A program made the translations under genes and the position numbers. A stretch of DNA of 62,605 nt from a virus (lineage: Duplodnaviria > Caudoviricetes). Location of the stretch: positions 1 to 62,605 of the IMG/VR virus record IMGVR_UViG_3300048110_000198. One strand, 5' to 3'. Below are positions 1-10,233 of the stretch, piece by piece; positions within the stretch are counted from its first letter, which is position 1, and every line of letters starts with the position of its first letter. The notes under the pieces are model-generated. The model did no database searches and was not told where the DNA came from. It worked only from the letters and a program-made list of their open reading frames with translations.

Positions 1-715
1 GTTCAAACTTTTTCCATAACTCTATCACATCTTTCGATTTATATTTTAACTTTGAAAGATTTGTATTATACGATATATTAATATCAGTTCTACCTATTTC
101 TATCAAGTGTTCTAATATCTTGTAATGTTCATCCATAATAAGTGGTTCGCCACCAGCAAAGTATATTTGTTCAACAGTATCTATCCATTGGTTCATATCA
201 TCCCACAATTCAGTGATCGTATCTTTCACACGAAAGATTTTTGATTCTTTAGATGACCATCTACCTTGTGCAATTGCATCATCATACCACAATGAACTAA
301 ATTCTGGACCACATGACCTACATTTAAAGTTACAAATATTCGAAAACCTAATATCCATATAAGACATAAACACATCGTCTACACTACCATCTCTATTAGT
401 CAACTCTTTACGTTCGATATGATGCGAAAATGACTTGTTTGTATTCATCCGCATAGAAACTCCATTATTCTCTTCTATATCGTAACACTTTTTACAACCT
501 TCTGTTGGTTTATCATCTAGCATATTCTTACGCATGGTGCACATTTTTTCAGAGTTCCAAAGCTCTTTGAAACTCTTTTCATTTGTGTTACCTACTTTAT
601 ATTCATATGTCGATAGACAACACGGATAGGTATTACCATTCGCCCATACATGCATATGGATCCACGGTAATACACAGAAATGTTTTCCTGTATCGAATTT
701 TTGTTGCTTACTCAT
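1..715 (-). CDS. Radical SAM protein with N-terminal SPASM/twitch-like domain (partial, runs off the window start; not in the ORF track)
   Basis: Manual translation from ATG at 715 gives MSKQQKFDTGKHFCVLPWIHMHVWANGNTYPCC..., the CxxxCxxC motif ICNFKCRSC and YFAGGEP. Start overlaps the end of the upstream paralog. Confidence 0.85.
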   Translation of the reverse strand, partial: MSKQQKFDTGKHFCVLPWIHMHVWANGNTYPCCLSTYEYKVGNTNEKSFKELWNSEKMCTMRKNMLDDKPTEGCKKCYDIEENNGVSMRMNTNKSFSHHIERKELTNRDGSVDDVFMSYMDIRFSNICNFKCRSCGPEFSSLWYDDAIAQGRWSSKESKIFRVKDTITELWDDMNQWIDTVEQIYFAGGEPLIMDEHYKILEHLIEIGRTDINISYNTNLSKLKYKSKDVIELWKKFE

Positions 716-1958
716 TCTCAATCCAGTGAGGTTTGAATATTTCCCATAGTTCTGGGAATGTCTCACTGAAATTCTCACGTCTATATTTGTCAGCCCTATT
801 TGTTTCACGGACAAACGCATTCCAATCAGTGTCTTTTGATCTCGTCTTAACTTGATTTACTAATGGAGAAATCTCTTCATTGAATGTTTTTTCATCCCAT
901 TTAGGAAGTCCATATTTTTCTGGATTGATTATCTTGTCCAGGTACTGTTGCTTGATAGATTCTGGCATACAATTACTACTATAGAAGCTAGGGTAATGTA
1001 CTACATTATTGAATATCTTAAATTCTTTTCCTTTTGACTTAGATTCTGGATAAGTATCTCTGATTATTTGATGCATCTCTCTTATGTAATACATATTAAT
1101 TTGACTTAATGTAACTGTTATTCCCATAATGAATCTAGGATTTGAAATCATCAATTCAAAGAATTTATTTAAATTTTGTTCGACATTCGCCCAATTATTA
1201 CCATGACGCAAATAATCAAAATGTTCTCCGAATCCATCAATACTAAACTGTATTCCCAAGAAGTTAAAATTATCAAGAATTTTGTTTATTAATTTTTCGT
1301 TAAATATAGTACCATTTGAACTCATAGATATACTAATGTTCTTACTACTACCATTTGCAATTAATCGATCAATGAGAACTTCAAACTCTTTCATAAAGAA
1401 TGGTTCACCTCCCATGATTTCTAATCTAGCTACAGTCTTGCTCCACTCTTCGAAATCTTCCCAGAACTTACTGCCTATTTGTTGTTTATTAGTTGTTATG
1501 TTATTGAACGTTGCAGAATCTTCTCCAGTACTATCTTTATATTCTTTGATCCATTTTGTACTACAATACGGACTACATGTTCTACATTTTAGATTACATA
1601 TGTTACCAACGCCCAGTTGAATATCTTTCAAGAAGGTAGGTTCTGAATCATAATCAATTTTACCATGTAACTTTTCTGCTAATGTATTTTCATACATACG
1701 CTTACTATTTTTTCCGTTATTCTCATCGATCCAACATGTCTGACAATTTTTAGGCTGTTTACCCATTCTCATTTGCGCTCGTATATCACGCATACTTGAA
1801 CTGTTCATAATTGTAGTGAAACTATGATTCATTACATCAAGAAATTCACCATTGTCATCAATTTCATCTTTAGCAATACAACAACTGCGTACTCTACCAG
1901 TGGTATGTATACTAGTATGGATCCATGGCAATGAACATTTCACATCTTTTTGCATCAT
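708..1958 (-). CDS. Radical SAM / twitch-domain protein
   Basis: CSLPW...SCC...CQTC N-terminal Cys cluster, CNLKCRTC, MGGEP, SIDG motifs. Confidence 0.88.
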   Translation of the reverse strand: MMQKDVKCSLPWIHTSIHTTGRVRSCCIAKDEIDDNGEFLDVMNHSFTTIMNSSSMRDIRAQMRMGKQPKNCQTCWIDENNGKNSKRMYENTLAEKLHGKIDYDSEPTFLKDIQLGVGNICNLKCRTCSPYCSTKWIKEYKDSTGEDSATFNNITTNKQQIGSKFWEDFEEWSKTVARLEIMGGEPFFMKEFEVLIDRLIANGSSKNISISMSSNGTIFNEKLINKILDNFNFLGIQFSIDGFGEHFDYLRHGNNWANVEQNLNKFFELMISNPRFIMGITVTLSQINMYYIREMHQIIRDTYPESKSKGKEFKIFNNVVHYPSFYSSNCMPESIKQQYLDKIINPEKYGLPKWDEKTFNEEISPLVNQVKTRSKDTDWNAFVRETNRADKYRRENFSETFPELWEIFKPHWIENE

Positions 1959-3364
1959 ACTTCTCCTACTACTCTATCAAATCGTGTCCACCAAAGCCAT
2001 AGTTCAAAATCTAACTTATAGATATCTTCTAAGCGATATTGGTCTTGTCTAATTCTATCAAGTTGGTCTTGGTAACCTTTACCATGCTTAAACTTTTCTA
2101 TATATGTGTCTGGCCATTGTTCTGCAAATGTAGGACGCTTTTTCATTTCACGTAATGTATTGATTAGTGATGCCTGTTTACCAGTTGCAATAGGTTCCAT
2201 ATACTCTAGTAACTCATTAATCTTTCTGTCTAAGATTTTTCTAGGCCATGCAAATGGTGACATAACAATATCAGGATGAAACGCAAACATAATCTTTGTT
2301 TCCATACGTACATCTAGCTCTAGTGATAAGTCAAATAAATCTTTTAGTGAGAACATACCCGGACCAGTGATAGTCAAGTCAAATAACATTTTGTGTTTAC
2401 CGCCAGGTGCTGCTAGTCCAGTCTTGAAGTTCTCTAACCACTCTTCCCATACTATACCTTTGCGGATGAACTCTACAATATCACCAGTGCCATCGATTGA
2501 TGCACACATAAGCCAGTCTTTAAACTGCGGAAGATAATCGAATAGATGTTTTCCCTTGAAATCGATACGTGATAGATTAGAGTTATAGCGCAAATGACAA
2601 TTCTTTGCAGAACCGTTATTGACCATTTCTTCTAATGCCCACCAATGCATATCGTACATTAGCGGCTCGCCGCCCACCCAATAAATTTCTTCCACGATAC
2701 CATCAGAGATTGCTTTCTTAAATTCTGGTTCAGCAACATCTCTCTGGAACTTTTGCATCTTCTGTTTAACAGTTGGTTGCATAAAAGGTTGATTCTCAAC
2801 TGACCATAGACCATGTTTTTTCTTTTCAGCTTCCCACGCACTTGATAATTGCTCTCCGCACATGCGACACTTAAAGTTACATAAGTTTGAATAACGATAA
2901 TCAAACGAGATCGTAGGCATAGTTGTATGCCCATCATCATCTGTCTTATCAAACGCTTCTTGGATCTTATCTTTAAATAGAACACCAGTAAACCATTTGC
3001 GATATGAACTTAGAGATAGAGTGTCATCATTACATACATCACATTGTGGGATACGTTCTCCAGCCATTAACTTCTTACGAATGTCTTTCATATAAGGAGA
3101 GTTCCAATGTTCTTCTAGTGTCATCGGATTGAAGTCATCAGCATCAGTTTTAGAATCAGTTACCTCGCCGTAACGTTCATCATTTGATGCATCAATGTAC
3201 TGTTTCTGAAATGAATGTTCTTCACGTGATGCGCAACATAGTCTACGTTCACCTTGCGGTGAGATATAAGTATGTGACCAAGGTGCCATACAGAAGACTT
3301 TGTTTTCACTTTCTTCTGCACAACTTGCATCATCTTTCCATATCGGAATAATTTTATTTGTCAT
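1955..3364 (-). CDS. Radical SAM / twitch-domain protein
   Basis: CMAPW...LCC...CDVC, CNFKCRMC, VGGEP, ASIDG motifs; ATGA overlap with the next gene. Confidence 0.88.
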   Translation of the reverse strand: MTNKIIPIWKDDASCAEESENKVFCMAPWSHTYISPQGERRLCCASREEHSFQKQYIDASNDERYGEVTDSKTDADDFNPMTLEEHWNSPYMKDIRKKLMAGERIPQCDVCNDDTLSLSSYRKWFTGVLFKDKIQEAFDKTDDDGHTTMPTISFDYRYSNLCNFKCRMCGEQLSSAWEAEKKKHGLWSVENQPFMQPTVKQKMQKFQRDVAEPEFKKAISDGIVEEIYWVGGEPLMYDMHWWALEEMVNNGSAKNCHLRYNSNLSRIDFKGKHLFDYLPQFKDWLMCASIDGTGDIVEFIRKGIVWEEWLENFKTGLAAPGGKHKMLFDLTITGPGMFSLKDLFDLSLELDVRMETKIMFAFHPDIVMSPFAWPRKILDRKINELLEYMEPIATGKQASLINTLREMKKRPTFAEQWPDTYIEKFKHGKGYQDQLDRIRQDQYRLEDIYKLDFELWLWWTRFDRVVGEV

Positions 3365-3387
3365 ATTATAGATGCCTACTCATAAGT

Positions 3388-4962
3388 TTAATCTACTTTT
3401 ACACCACCAAGAGCATCATTTTCTGTATCCCAGCCGCCTACTTTTATCTTCTGTTCATGTTCATCATCACCAGTACTATATGCATCAGTTGTTGCAGGAT
3501 CGCCGCCTCGTAAAAGGTCTCCTTCAACTGCTAAGTTTGCACTAGACAAAACAAATGTTTTAGACTTAATTTCGTCTGCTGATGGAACGTCTGCTTCAAG
3601 CGTTTTATACCATTCTGCGATGGGTCCAGGGAATGTTTCAACAAAGTTCTTATTGCGTCTTACATCGAACTGTGTAAAGAATGCTTTGAAATCATGATAC
3701 AATTTATCTTGATCTGCTGTATTCTTATGTGGAGTTTTAACAATATCAAGATAGTCTATTAGTCTTTGTAAACTTGCTCTTTCACCTTCGTTAAGTTTGC
3801 CACCGTTGAGGAAGTGCCATGCTGATAACTTATTTTTATAATATGTTTTTACTTTCTCAGGTAGTATTGCCGCACTCTGGAATGATGGGAAGCGTAAAAT
3901 GTTTAGAGTCATAGTTGGCGCTCGTTCTCCATATTCTTTTCTAAGTTGTAACATCTCGTCCATGAACTCTGTAATAGTAGTCAAGCATAATGAATTAATT
4001 GTCATCATCATATGTAACTTCTGTACATTAGATTCTTTAAGAACACGGTGAATACTATTCATCCATAGATCATAATCTAGTCCATCACGTATATACTCAG
4101 CTTGTGTTTTTGCTGCTTCCATCGATGTGTAAATTTCAAAGTTCGGAACGTGCCAAGACTTTTCAATTAGCTTGTCTAATACTTTAGGAGTTTGTGGTGA
4201 TAAGTTACTATTAATAGCAAATCTCATATCACGGGCACGATCTGGATTCTTTTCAAACCAATCAAACAACTTCCAAGTTCCTGTATGCATGATAGGTTCA
4301 CCACCAGTAATACGAATTTCTTCTAAGTTGTCGGCAAGATCACTTTCCCACCATTCATGGAATGCTTTGATGAATGGATTGTCTTCTGCTTTTCTTGCTG
4401 CTGGTTCTGCCCATGGAGCTGTATCGACAAAGTGGCCTCTACCATCTGACTTGATATTTTGATAAGCGCCATAGTCATTGATATCTTTGACCCATGCAGT
4501 TGAGAATGCTGGGTTACAGTAAGTACATTTTAGATTACATGCTCTATCAAATGAAATTTCAAGTGTACGTAGTTGTACATTTTCATCCCATGGCATTTCC
4601 ATACTAGCATCTAAGTCTTCATCTTTGAAGATTTCAGTTTTGAATACACGGTCAGAGATATGATCTTTTCCCATGTCTTCAACTTTCCAACAATATTCAC
4701 ATTCTGCTGGACGCTTACCTTCCTGCATTTGCTTACGCATAAGTTTCTTATGCTTTGTGTTGTGAATTGCAGTTGGATTATCTTTCAATTCTTCAAGTGG
4801 AATCCAATGTCCTGGCGGGTGGTGACAACTGGCAGTTTGACCATGCCCTAACCAGATAGTAGCATTAAACCATTTTGCACCACAATAACTTTCGCTCTTA
4901 TTATCAATCATACGTGCTTTATACGCATGAAGAGTTTCAGCTTCCCAATGTTTACGACCCAT
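3388..4962 (-). CDS. Radical SAM / twitch-domain protein (start likely MGRKHW at 4962)
   Basis: CGAKW...SCHH...CEYC, CNLKCTYC, TGGEP motifs; acidic low-complexity C-terminal tail. Confidence 0.88.
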   Translation of the reverse strand: MGRKHWEAETLHAYKARMIDNKSESYCGAKWFNATIWLGHGQTASCHHPPGHWIPLEELKDNPTAIHNTKHKKLMRKQMQEGKRPAECEYCWKVEDMGKDHISDRVFKTEIFKDEDLDASMEMPWDENVQLRTLEISFDRACNLKCTYCNPAFSTAWVKDINDYGAYQNIKSDGRGHFVDTAPWAEPAARKAEDNPFIKAFHEWWESDLADNLEEIRITGGEPIMHTGTWKLFDWFEKNPDRARDMRFAINSNLSPQTPKVLDKLIEKSWHVPNFEIYTSMEAAKTQAEYIRDGLDYDLWMNSIHRVLKESNVQKLHMMMTINSLCLTTITEFMDEMLQLRKEYGERAPTMTLNILRFPSFQSAAILPEKVKTYYKNKLSAWHFLNGGKLNEGERASLQRLIDYLDIVKTPHKNTADQDKLYHDFKAFFTQFDVRRNKNFVETFPGPIAEWYKTLEADVPSADEIKSKTFVLSSANLAVEGDLLRGGDPATTDAYSTGDDEHEQKIKVGGWDTENDALGGVKVD

Positions 4963-6520
4963 ATTTTGCCTCTTTTTCTTCTTTTGCTTCATTCCAGAAG
5001 TCTGTCATTTCAGGAAATGTTTCTAAGAAATTTAGTCCTCTGCGCTTATCATACTCAGTGAAATAATCATAGAAACGAATTAACCTGTCACTTAATTCAT
5101 TGTCACTCATATTTAGTCCTTCTTTAGCCCATGCTAAATCTCTTTCGAGTTTTAGAACTTCATAATTCTTAAAGCCTGTATACTTGCGACCATACAAATC
5201 ATTTGGTAATACATTTGCTTTCATGTAGTCAATATTCTGTTGAATAGTATCAAGCATAATAGGGTCTGCTAACTGAATAGTCATCCAGTCTGGATAACGA
5301 AGGTATGGAATATCAAACCATACACGCTGTCGTTTTTTTCTTACAAACTCAGGATGCTTAAATCCATTTCGGTCGGGAGGCTGAATAACTTTGTCTTCTT
5401 GATTCTCATAGCCAAACTCTTCACGTAGCTTTAGAATCATATCCAAGAAACCACGTAAGTTTGGTATACTTAGGAGAGTAAAAGTGTTAATAAATGAAAT
5501 CTCTGTACCATCTGTTTCAGATAATACTCGACGGCAATTTTCATACATCGTATCAAAATCAAGACCATCACGCAGATATTCAGCCTGTTTCCCAACACTG
5601 TCTACACTTACATATAAACTAAAATGTTTACATGCTGGTGCAACATACCAGTGATTGCCGCTATCAGGATTGAAACGTTCTGGATCTTCCCAAACACGGA
5701 CTTCTTCTAACTTCTTAATCTTATCAATGAACTTATCCATCAACGCAGGTTGTGGCGGTGCCATGTTAGACGTAATACTCAAGTCTAAGAATGCATTTGG
5801 ATTTTCATTGACGTAATCTAATACTTTGAACGTATTCTTATCCATGAGAGGTTCACCGCCTGTCATACGAAATACTTTCAAGTCTTTATATGTTTCTGGA
5901 AACCACTTCCAGAATGCTTCGATATATGGATTATCTTTACGTGCAACTTCAAGTGGCATCATGCCAGTCTTACGTAAGTAATCAATATCATTATGTCCAG
6001 TACCATTTGAGAAGCGGAAGCCACCATGCTTCTTAATATCATCTTCCCATGCTGTACTAAGATGCGGAGAACAATAAGAACACTTTAAGTTACACGCTTG
6101 ATTGAAGTTTACTTCAACATAACGTGGCTTGATATCGTGATCCCATGGTTGAGTTACTACTTCGTCCCATGCTTCTTTAACCCACCATTCACTTGAACGA
6201 TAGTGTCTGTCACTCAGTCTTCCTTCTTTAGGAGCATTGGGTGCGTCTTCTACGTTCCAGCAGTATTGACAACCTTCAGGTCGTTGTCCCTCTTTCATCT
6301 GCTTGCGTTCTTGTAGTTTGAACTGTGTGTTATGAAGAGCGTTAGGGTTCTTCTTTAGTTCATCTAGTGGAATAGCATGTGTAGGTGGGTGATAACAACT
6401 ATGTGTACGACCTTGAGGCAGATGCAAACTTACTTGCAACCACTTCGCCATACACATTGAAGGTGATAGTGCGTTTAATTTCTGACGTGTAGCTTGCGCA
6501 TCATCATCGTAGTTCGACAT
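4952..6520 (-). CDS. Radical SAM / twitch-domain protein
   Basis: CMAKW...SCYH...CQYC, CNLKCSYC, TGGEP motifs; close paralog of 3388..4962. Confidence 0.88.
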   Translation of the reverse strand: MSNYDDDAQATRQKLNALSPSMCMAKWLQVSLHLPQGRTHSCYHPPTHAIPLDELKKNPNALHNTQFKLQERKQMKEGQRPEGCQYCWNVEDAPNAPKEGRLSDRHYRSSEWWVKEAWDEVVTQPWDHDIKPRYVEVNFNQACNLKCSYCSPHLSTAWEDDIKKHGGFRFSNGTGHNDIDYLRKTGMMPLEVARKDNPYIEAFWKWFPETYKDLKVFRMTGGEPLMDKNTFKVLDYVNENPNAFLDLSITSNMAPPQPALMDKFIDKIKKLEEVRVWEDPERFNPDSGNHWYVAPACKHFSLYVSVDSVGKQAEYLRDGLDFDTMYENCRRVLSETDGTEISFINTFTLLSIPNLRGFLDMILKLREEFGYENQEDKVIQPPDRNGFKHPEFVRKKRQRVWFDIPYLRYPDWMTIQLADPIMLDTIQQNIDYMKANVLPNDLYGRKYTGFKNYEVLKLERDLAWAKEGLNMSDNELSDRLIRFYDYFTEYDKRRGLNFLETFPEMTDFWNEAKEEKEAKYGS

Positions 6521-7494
6521 TACTTATCCCAACCAGTTTGTTTCTCTGATGCTAGTGGATTCTTTACTCTTGGTGGATTTGTATAAACACGTTTAAAGAA
6601 TGCTGCTACTTCTGGTGTAGGATCACAAAGTTCCATACCAATCTTGTCAACTAAGATATCACCAATACGCAAACATTCATCAAACAGTTTGTCATAATCC
6701 CATGTTACTTTTGTACTTTCGCATTTCATATCCCCACCTTCGAATTGTGGGAATACTTCGTTCTCAAAATACTCTTTGAACCAATCATAACTAGAAATAT
6801 TCTCTAGTACAAAATCATCGTTCAAGTTCATATCATAACAGCCTAAACGTGCGCCGAATAATGCCCAGATACCATTCTCTACATCTGACCCAATATTACA
6901 CCATGTGATTAAACGCTCATAATTCTTAGGCCAGATACGCTTCTTAAAGTCTTCTACCGGAACTTTCTTGCCTTCATCAAGTGACATCTTAGCGCCTTCA
7001 CGGTATCCAGCACGAAATGCTTGAAACGGTGAACCTGCATTATACACAAGTGAGTACACATTGTTCATCTGAATATAGTTCAAATCCCAACAGAAGTCAA
7101 CCTTTTTTGTTTCGTCTTCCGCATTTTCATGTGTTCTCATATCTAACACAAGTTGCACAGGCCAACATTTAATGCCGCCATTACCATATACTAATCCGTT
7201 TACAACATTCTTTGCTGACCACGAAATAACAGAATTAGCTAAGTCTGTGTCTTCTGGGAATGTTATTTCTAAATCAAAGAACTTTTCGTCTACGATATTA
7301 TCACCATCGATTGTGATAAATCTATCAGTGTCGCTTTGTCTTGCACATTCTTTGTGTGCGTTGTCAAATCCTTTGACTCCATCTACACGTTTTGCAAACG
7401 GAAACTTCTGTAAGATATCTGCCCAATGCTTTTCTTTATTCGGTTCATCATAACTTAGATAAAATACATCTAAATCGCCAATTTGTAGTTTCAT
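6520..7494 (-). CDS. Glycosyltransferase-like protein (GT-A fold)
   Basis: DxD-type motif ITIDGDN after a beta-strand, N-terminal FYLSYDEPN, position beside two other GT-like genes. Confidence 0.55.
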   Translation of the reverse strand: MKLQIGDLDVFYLSYDEPNKEKHWADILQKFPFAKRVDGVKGFDNAHKECARQSDTDRFITIDGDNIVDEKFFDLEITFPEDTDLANSVISWSAKNVVNGLVYGNGGIKCWPVQLVLDMRTHENAEDETKKVDFCWDLNYIQMNNVYSLVYNAGSPFQAFRAGYREGAKMSLDEGKKVPVEDFKKRIWPKNYERLITWCNIGSDVENGIWALFGARLGCYDMNLNDDFVLENISSYDWFKEYFENEVFPQFEGGDMKCESTKVTWDYDKLFDECLRIGDILVDKIGMELCDPTPEVAAFFKRVYTNPPRVKNPLASEKQTGWDK

Positions 7495-7498
7495 TATA

Positions 7499-8077
7499 TT
7501 AATCTCTCCTTAAAGTATAACTATCAAAGTACTTACGAGTGTAAACACTTATATCGTATTTATAGTCGTAGTTAATAGTCACTTTCTCGCCACTCAATAA
7601 ATCGCTAAATTTAACTAATTGTGTACTGATTATAAACTCCGGTCTGTCTTTATGTGTGATAAAGAAAGGGTGCATGTCTGTTCCAGCAACAATTACGTTT
7701 TGATTCTTATCTATATTTGATTTTAGTACTAATTCATCACTCGCACTTATGATTATTGCATCATCTGTTAGTTCAACGATAATATCACCATAGATTGAAG
7801 GGGAAATTCTTGTTATTTGACTTTCAGCACTGCGCTGTTTTAAATTTACTTTTCTCTTTACAATATCATATACCAATGGGTTATCAGAACGTTTCACAGT
7901 AAAGTCTGTAAATTTTTCAGTACCCTCTACTAATGGTAGAACATCTTGTAGTTCAAAGTAAGCAAACATATCACTGTCTTCTTCTGATCTTCTATTGGTG
8001 ATAGTAGTAATCATACCATTATTATCAAAATATACAAAACGTGCAGTGTTTGTTTTCTCTATTACACTTGTAATCAT
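7499..8077 (-). CDS. Hypothetical protein in the GT / radical SAM operon
   Basis: 192-aa ORF, translationally coupled (ATGA overlap) to the upstream gene. Confidence 0.7.
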   Translation of the reverse strand: MITSVIEKTNTARFVYFDNNGMITTITNRRSEEDSDMFAYFELQDVLPLVEGTEKFTDFTVKRSDNPLVYDIVKRKVNLKQRSAESQITRISPSIYGDIIVELTDDAIIISASDELVLKSNIDKNQNVIVAGTDMHPFFITHKDRPEFIISTQLVKFSDLLSGEKVTINYDYKYDISVYTRKYFDSYTLRRD

Positions 8078-8931
8078 AGTACTGCCCTTTCATATGTTGC
8101 GATCTTTTCTTGTGTCATCCATTCTTTCTGTACATAATGCACTGGTACACTTTGAATAAAGTTACCGATGCGTACTTCTAAGTTGTCTGACATTTCACTT
8201 GGAATACTCTTAGTCCAAATGTTATCGATCTTTGTCTTCTCAATGTTCTGAACATGCGACTTCATATGCACGAATGTAGGAACATCCTTAATATCATAAT
8301 CGCACGTTTCTTCTTCAATGTCAAGTAGTTTTACAGCTAATGCAAATGCAACATCTGCGCTCATCCAGTTCTGACCGATCCCTTTAAGGAACTTATCATA
8401 ATATACATTCCAATGTGTCATAATAAGTTCAACCATCTTAAAAAACTCGAATGCTGGTCCTGTCTTCTTAAAATATGTAAAGTTGCTATACACATCTGGT
8501 AAGTCCAACTCTGTGAACTTCTTACGATAGAAGTCACTCGTTACATCTTCGCCTCTGAATGTCTTAACGTTTGTACAACACCATACATCTTTCTTTGATA
8601 GATAGTCCCACCAGTGATCTACTGATGATGTGAACACCATATCGCTATCTAAGATAATACTTTCATCAAACGGAGACATGTGTATGTATTTCCACTTATT
8701 ATGTATCTTCCATTTGTCAGTTCCAGCATCATCGTTCCATGGGATATCAACGATATGATCAAAGACCTTACGATGCTTGTCTTGTACAAGTGACTTAGTA
8801 TATTCATCTAAGCATACACAAATAGCATTTTCCTTCTGTGTAGCTTTAAGAGATAATGCTAATGCGTATGTCATTTCTAAGTAATCATGCTCTTCATTAT
8901 TCTGAGCAATTACAATGTAACCTTTACTCAT
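8074..8931 (-). CDS. Glycosyltransferase, GT8-like
   Basis: KGYIVIA...ALALSLK N-terminus, SPFDESIILDSDM (DxD), late HMK motif. Confidence 0.65.
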   Translation of the reverse strand: MSKGYIVIAQNNEEHDYLEMTYALALSLKATQKENAICVCLDEYTKSLVQDKHRKVFDHIVDIPWNDDAGTDKWKIHNKWKYIHMSPFDESIILDSDMVFTSSVDHWWDYLSKKDVWCCTNVKTFRGEDVTSDFYRKKFTELDLPDVYSNFTYFKKTGPAFEFFKMVELIMTHWNVYYDKFLKGIGQNWMSADVAFALAVKLLDIEEETCDYDIKDVPTFVHMKSHVQNIEKTKIDNIWTKSIPSEMSDNLEVRIGNFIQSVPVHYVQKEWMTQEKIATYERAVL

Positions 8932-9797
8932 AGTGTTTCTCCTAATTCTAACATGGTGTCTACATTGCGCTCAATTGCACGTTTATTCATAATATGTAAA
9001 TCTGTGTTAGTAAAGCGGGAAAGTAAATGATCTTCAACTGATTCTGCTTTTGCGCAATACATGATTACATCTGTTGCATCATTAATTCTAAAGATATCAT
9101 CTAAGTCAAATGAGTTGTTTAGATAATCAATAGGAAGTGATGGCGCTTTGAATGGGACATTACCATTTAAGATATGCAAAGCCATTGCAAATGCAAAATC
9201 ATTTCTGAATAGACTACCAGAACAATTATACAAAGCATAATAGTATTTGTAATTGAATTTGATATGTGTGATTAAGTTAAATAGGTTCTCTGCGAAATCA
9301 CTCTTTCTAAAGAAGAACACAGTTGCCCAACACATTGGAATAGTGAAATCATCAATATAGGAAATATTGCCGCCATGTCTACCAGCGATATCCCTATATT
9401 GATAATTGATCATGAAGTCGTTTTCACTTCCCCACACTTGATCCAGTGTATCACTCATTATAAAGTAATCACAGTCAATGACTAGAGTTTCTTCATAAGG
9501 AGAAAGTTCATACACTTCACTGCGTCCCATGTTTTTGAAAGACGCATATTCAGGACTATTCGCAGTATCTTTGAATAGTCTTGTATTTTCTGGTTGAAAG
9601 TTATCAGAAATAATAGTTCTGTCGAAATACTTTTCAATAAAATCTTCTTGTCCGTCTACTGATTCACTATCTGTTATTAGACAGATTTCATCAAACCCAT
9701 TAAGATTTTTTCTAGCGTATCCTGCACTCGCACAAGCAATCTTTATATAATCAACATATCCATTATTTCTTGCAAAAATAATAATTCCACGTTTCAT
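8928..9797 (-). CDS. Glycosyltransferase, GT8-like (paralog of 8074..8931)
   Basis: RGIIIFA N-terminus, SPYEETLVIDCDY (DxD), RNDFAF motif. Confidence 0.65.
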   Translation of the reverse strand: MKRGIIIFARNNGYVDYIKIACASAGYARKNLNGFDEICLITDSESVDGQEDFIEKYFDRTIISDNFQPENTRLFKDTANSPEYASFKNMGRSEVYELSPYEETLVIDCDYFIMSDTLDQVWGSENDFMINYQYRDIAGRHGGNISYIDDFTIPMCWATVFFFRKSDFAENLFNLITHIKFNYKYYYALYNCSGSLFRNDFAFAMALHILNGNVPFKAPSLPIDYLNNSFDLDDIFRINDATDVIMYCAKAESVEDHLLSRFTNTDLHIMNKRAIERNVDTMLELGETL

Positions 9798-10177
9798 TAT
9801 ATCTCTAATACCTTTTCAATCTTACGTGAACTACGTAACTTCTGATAGTCATTATAATATTCGTTGATCACTTCAAAGTATAGGCTTGAGATTTCTTCTA
9901 CAAACTTTTGTGTGTCATCAATCTGAATTGGAATATCGTTCTTATCTAACAAGATAAGACTTGTCTTTCCAGAAACTAATGCCATATTAGCAAACGCAAT
10001 CAATTCTTGTGATACACGAAATGTACCACCATTGATGCTGTAAGACAATAGGTTTTGTGTCTTGACTTTAAGATTGTTCTTAGCCAAGTTAAATGTTTGC
10101 ATTGTGTTTGAAAAATCTAGTGCTTTAGCAAGACGTTCTTGCTCTTCGCTAGATGCGGTTATTGTTTCGTTTGACAT
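9797..10177 (-). CDS. Hypothetical protein, first gene of the GT / radical SAM operon
   Basis: 126-aa ORF with AGGAGA Shine-Dalgarno, just downstream of a consensus sigma70 promoter. Confidence 0.75.
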   Translation of the reverse strand: MSNETITASSEEQERLAKALDFSNTMQTFNLAKNNLKVKTQNLLSYSINGGTFRVSQELIAFANMALVSGKTSLILLDKNDIPIQIDDTQKFVEEISSLYFEVINEYYNDYQKLRSSRKIEKVLEI

Positions 10178-10201
10178 GGTTATTCTCCTAATATTACTTC
10201 T

Positions 10202-10230
10202 ATTATATAGAATTATTAGAGAAATGTCAA
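10202..10230 (-). promoter_or_regulatory. Sigma70-type promoter for the GT / radical SAM operon
   Basis: Exact TTGACA-N17-TATAAT on the minus strand. Confidence 0.85.
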
Positions 10231-10233
10231 GTA

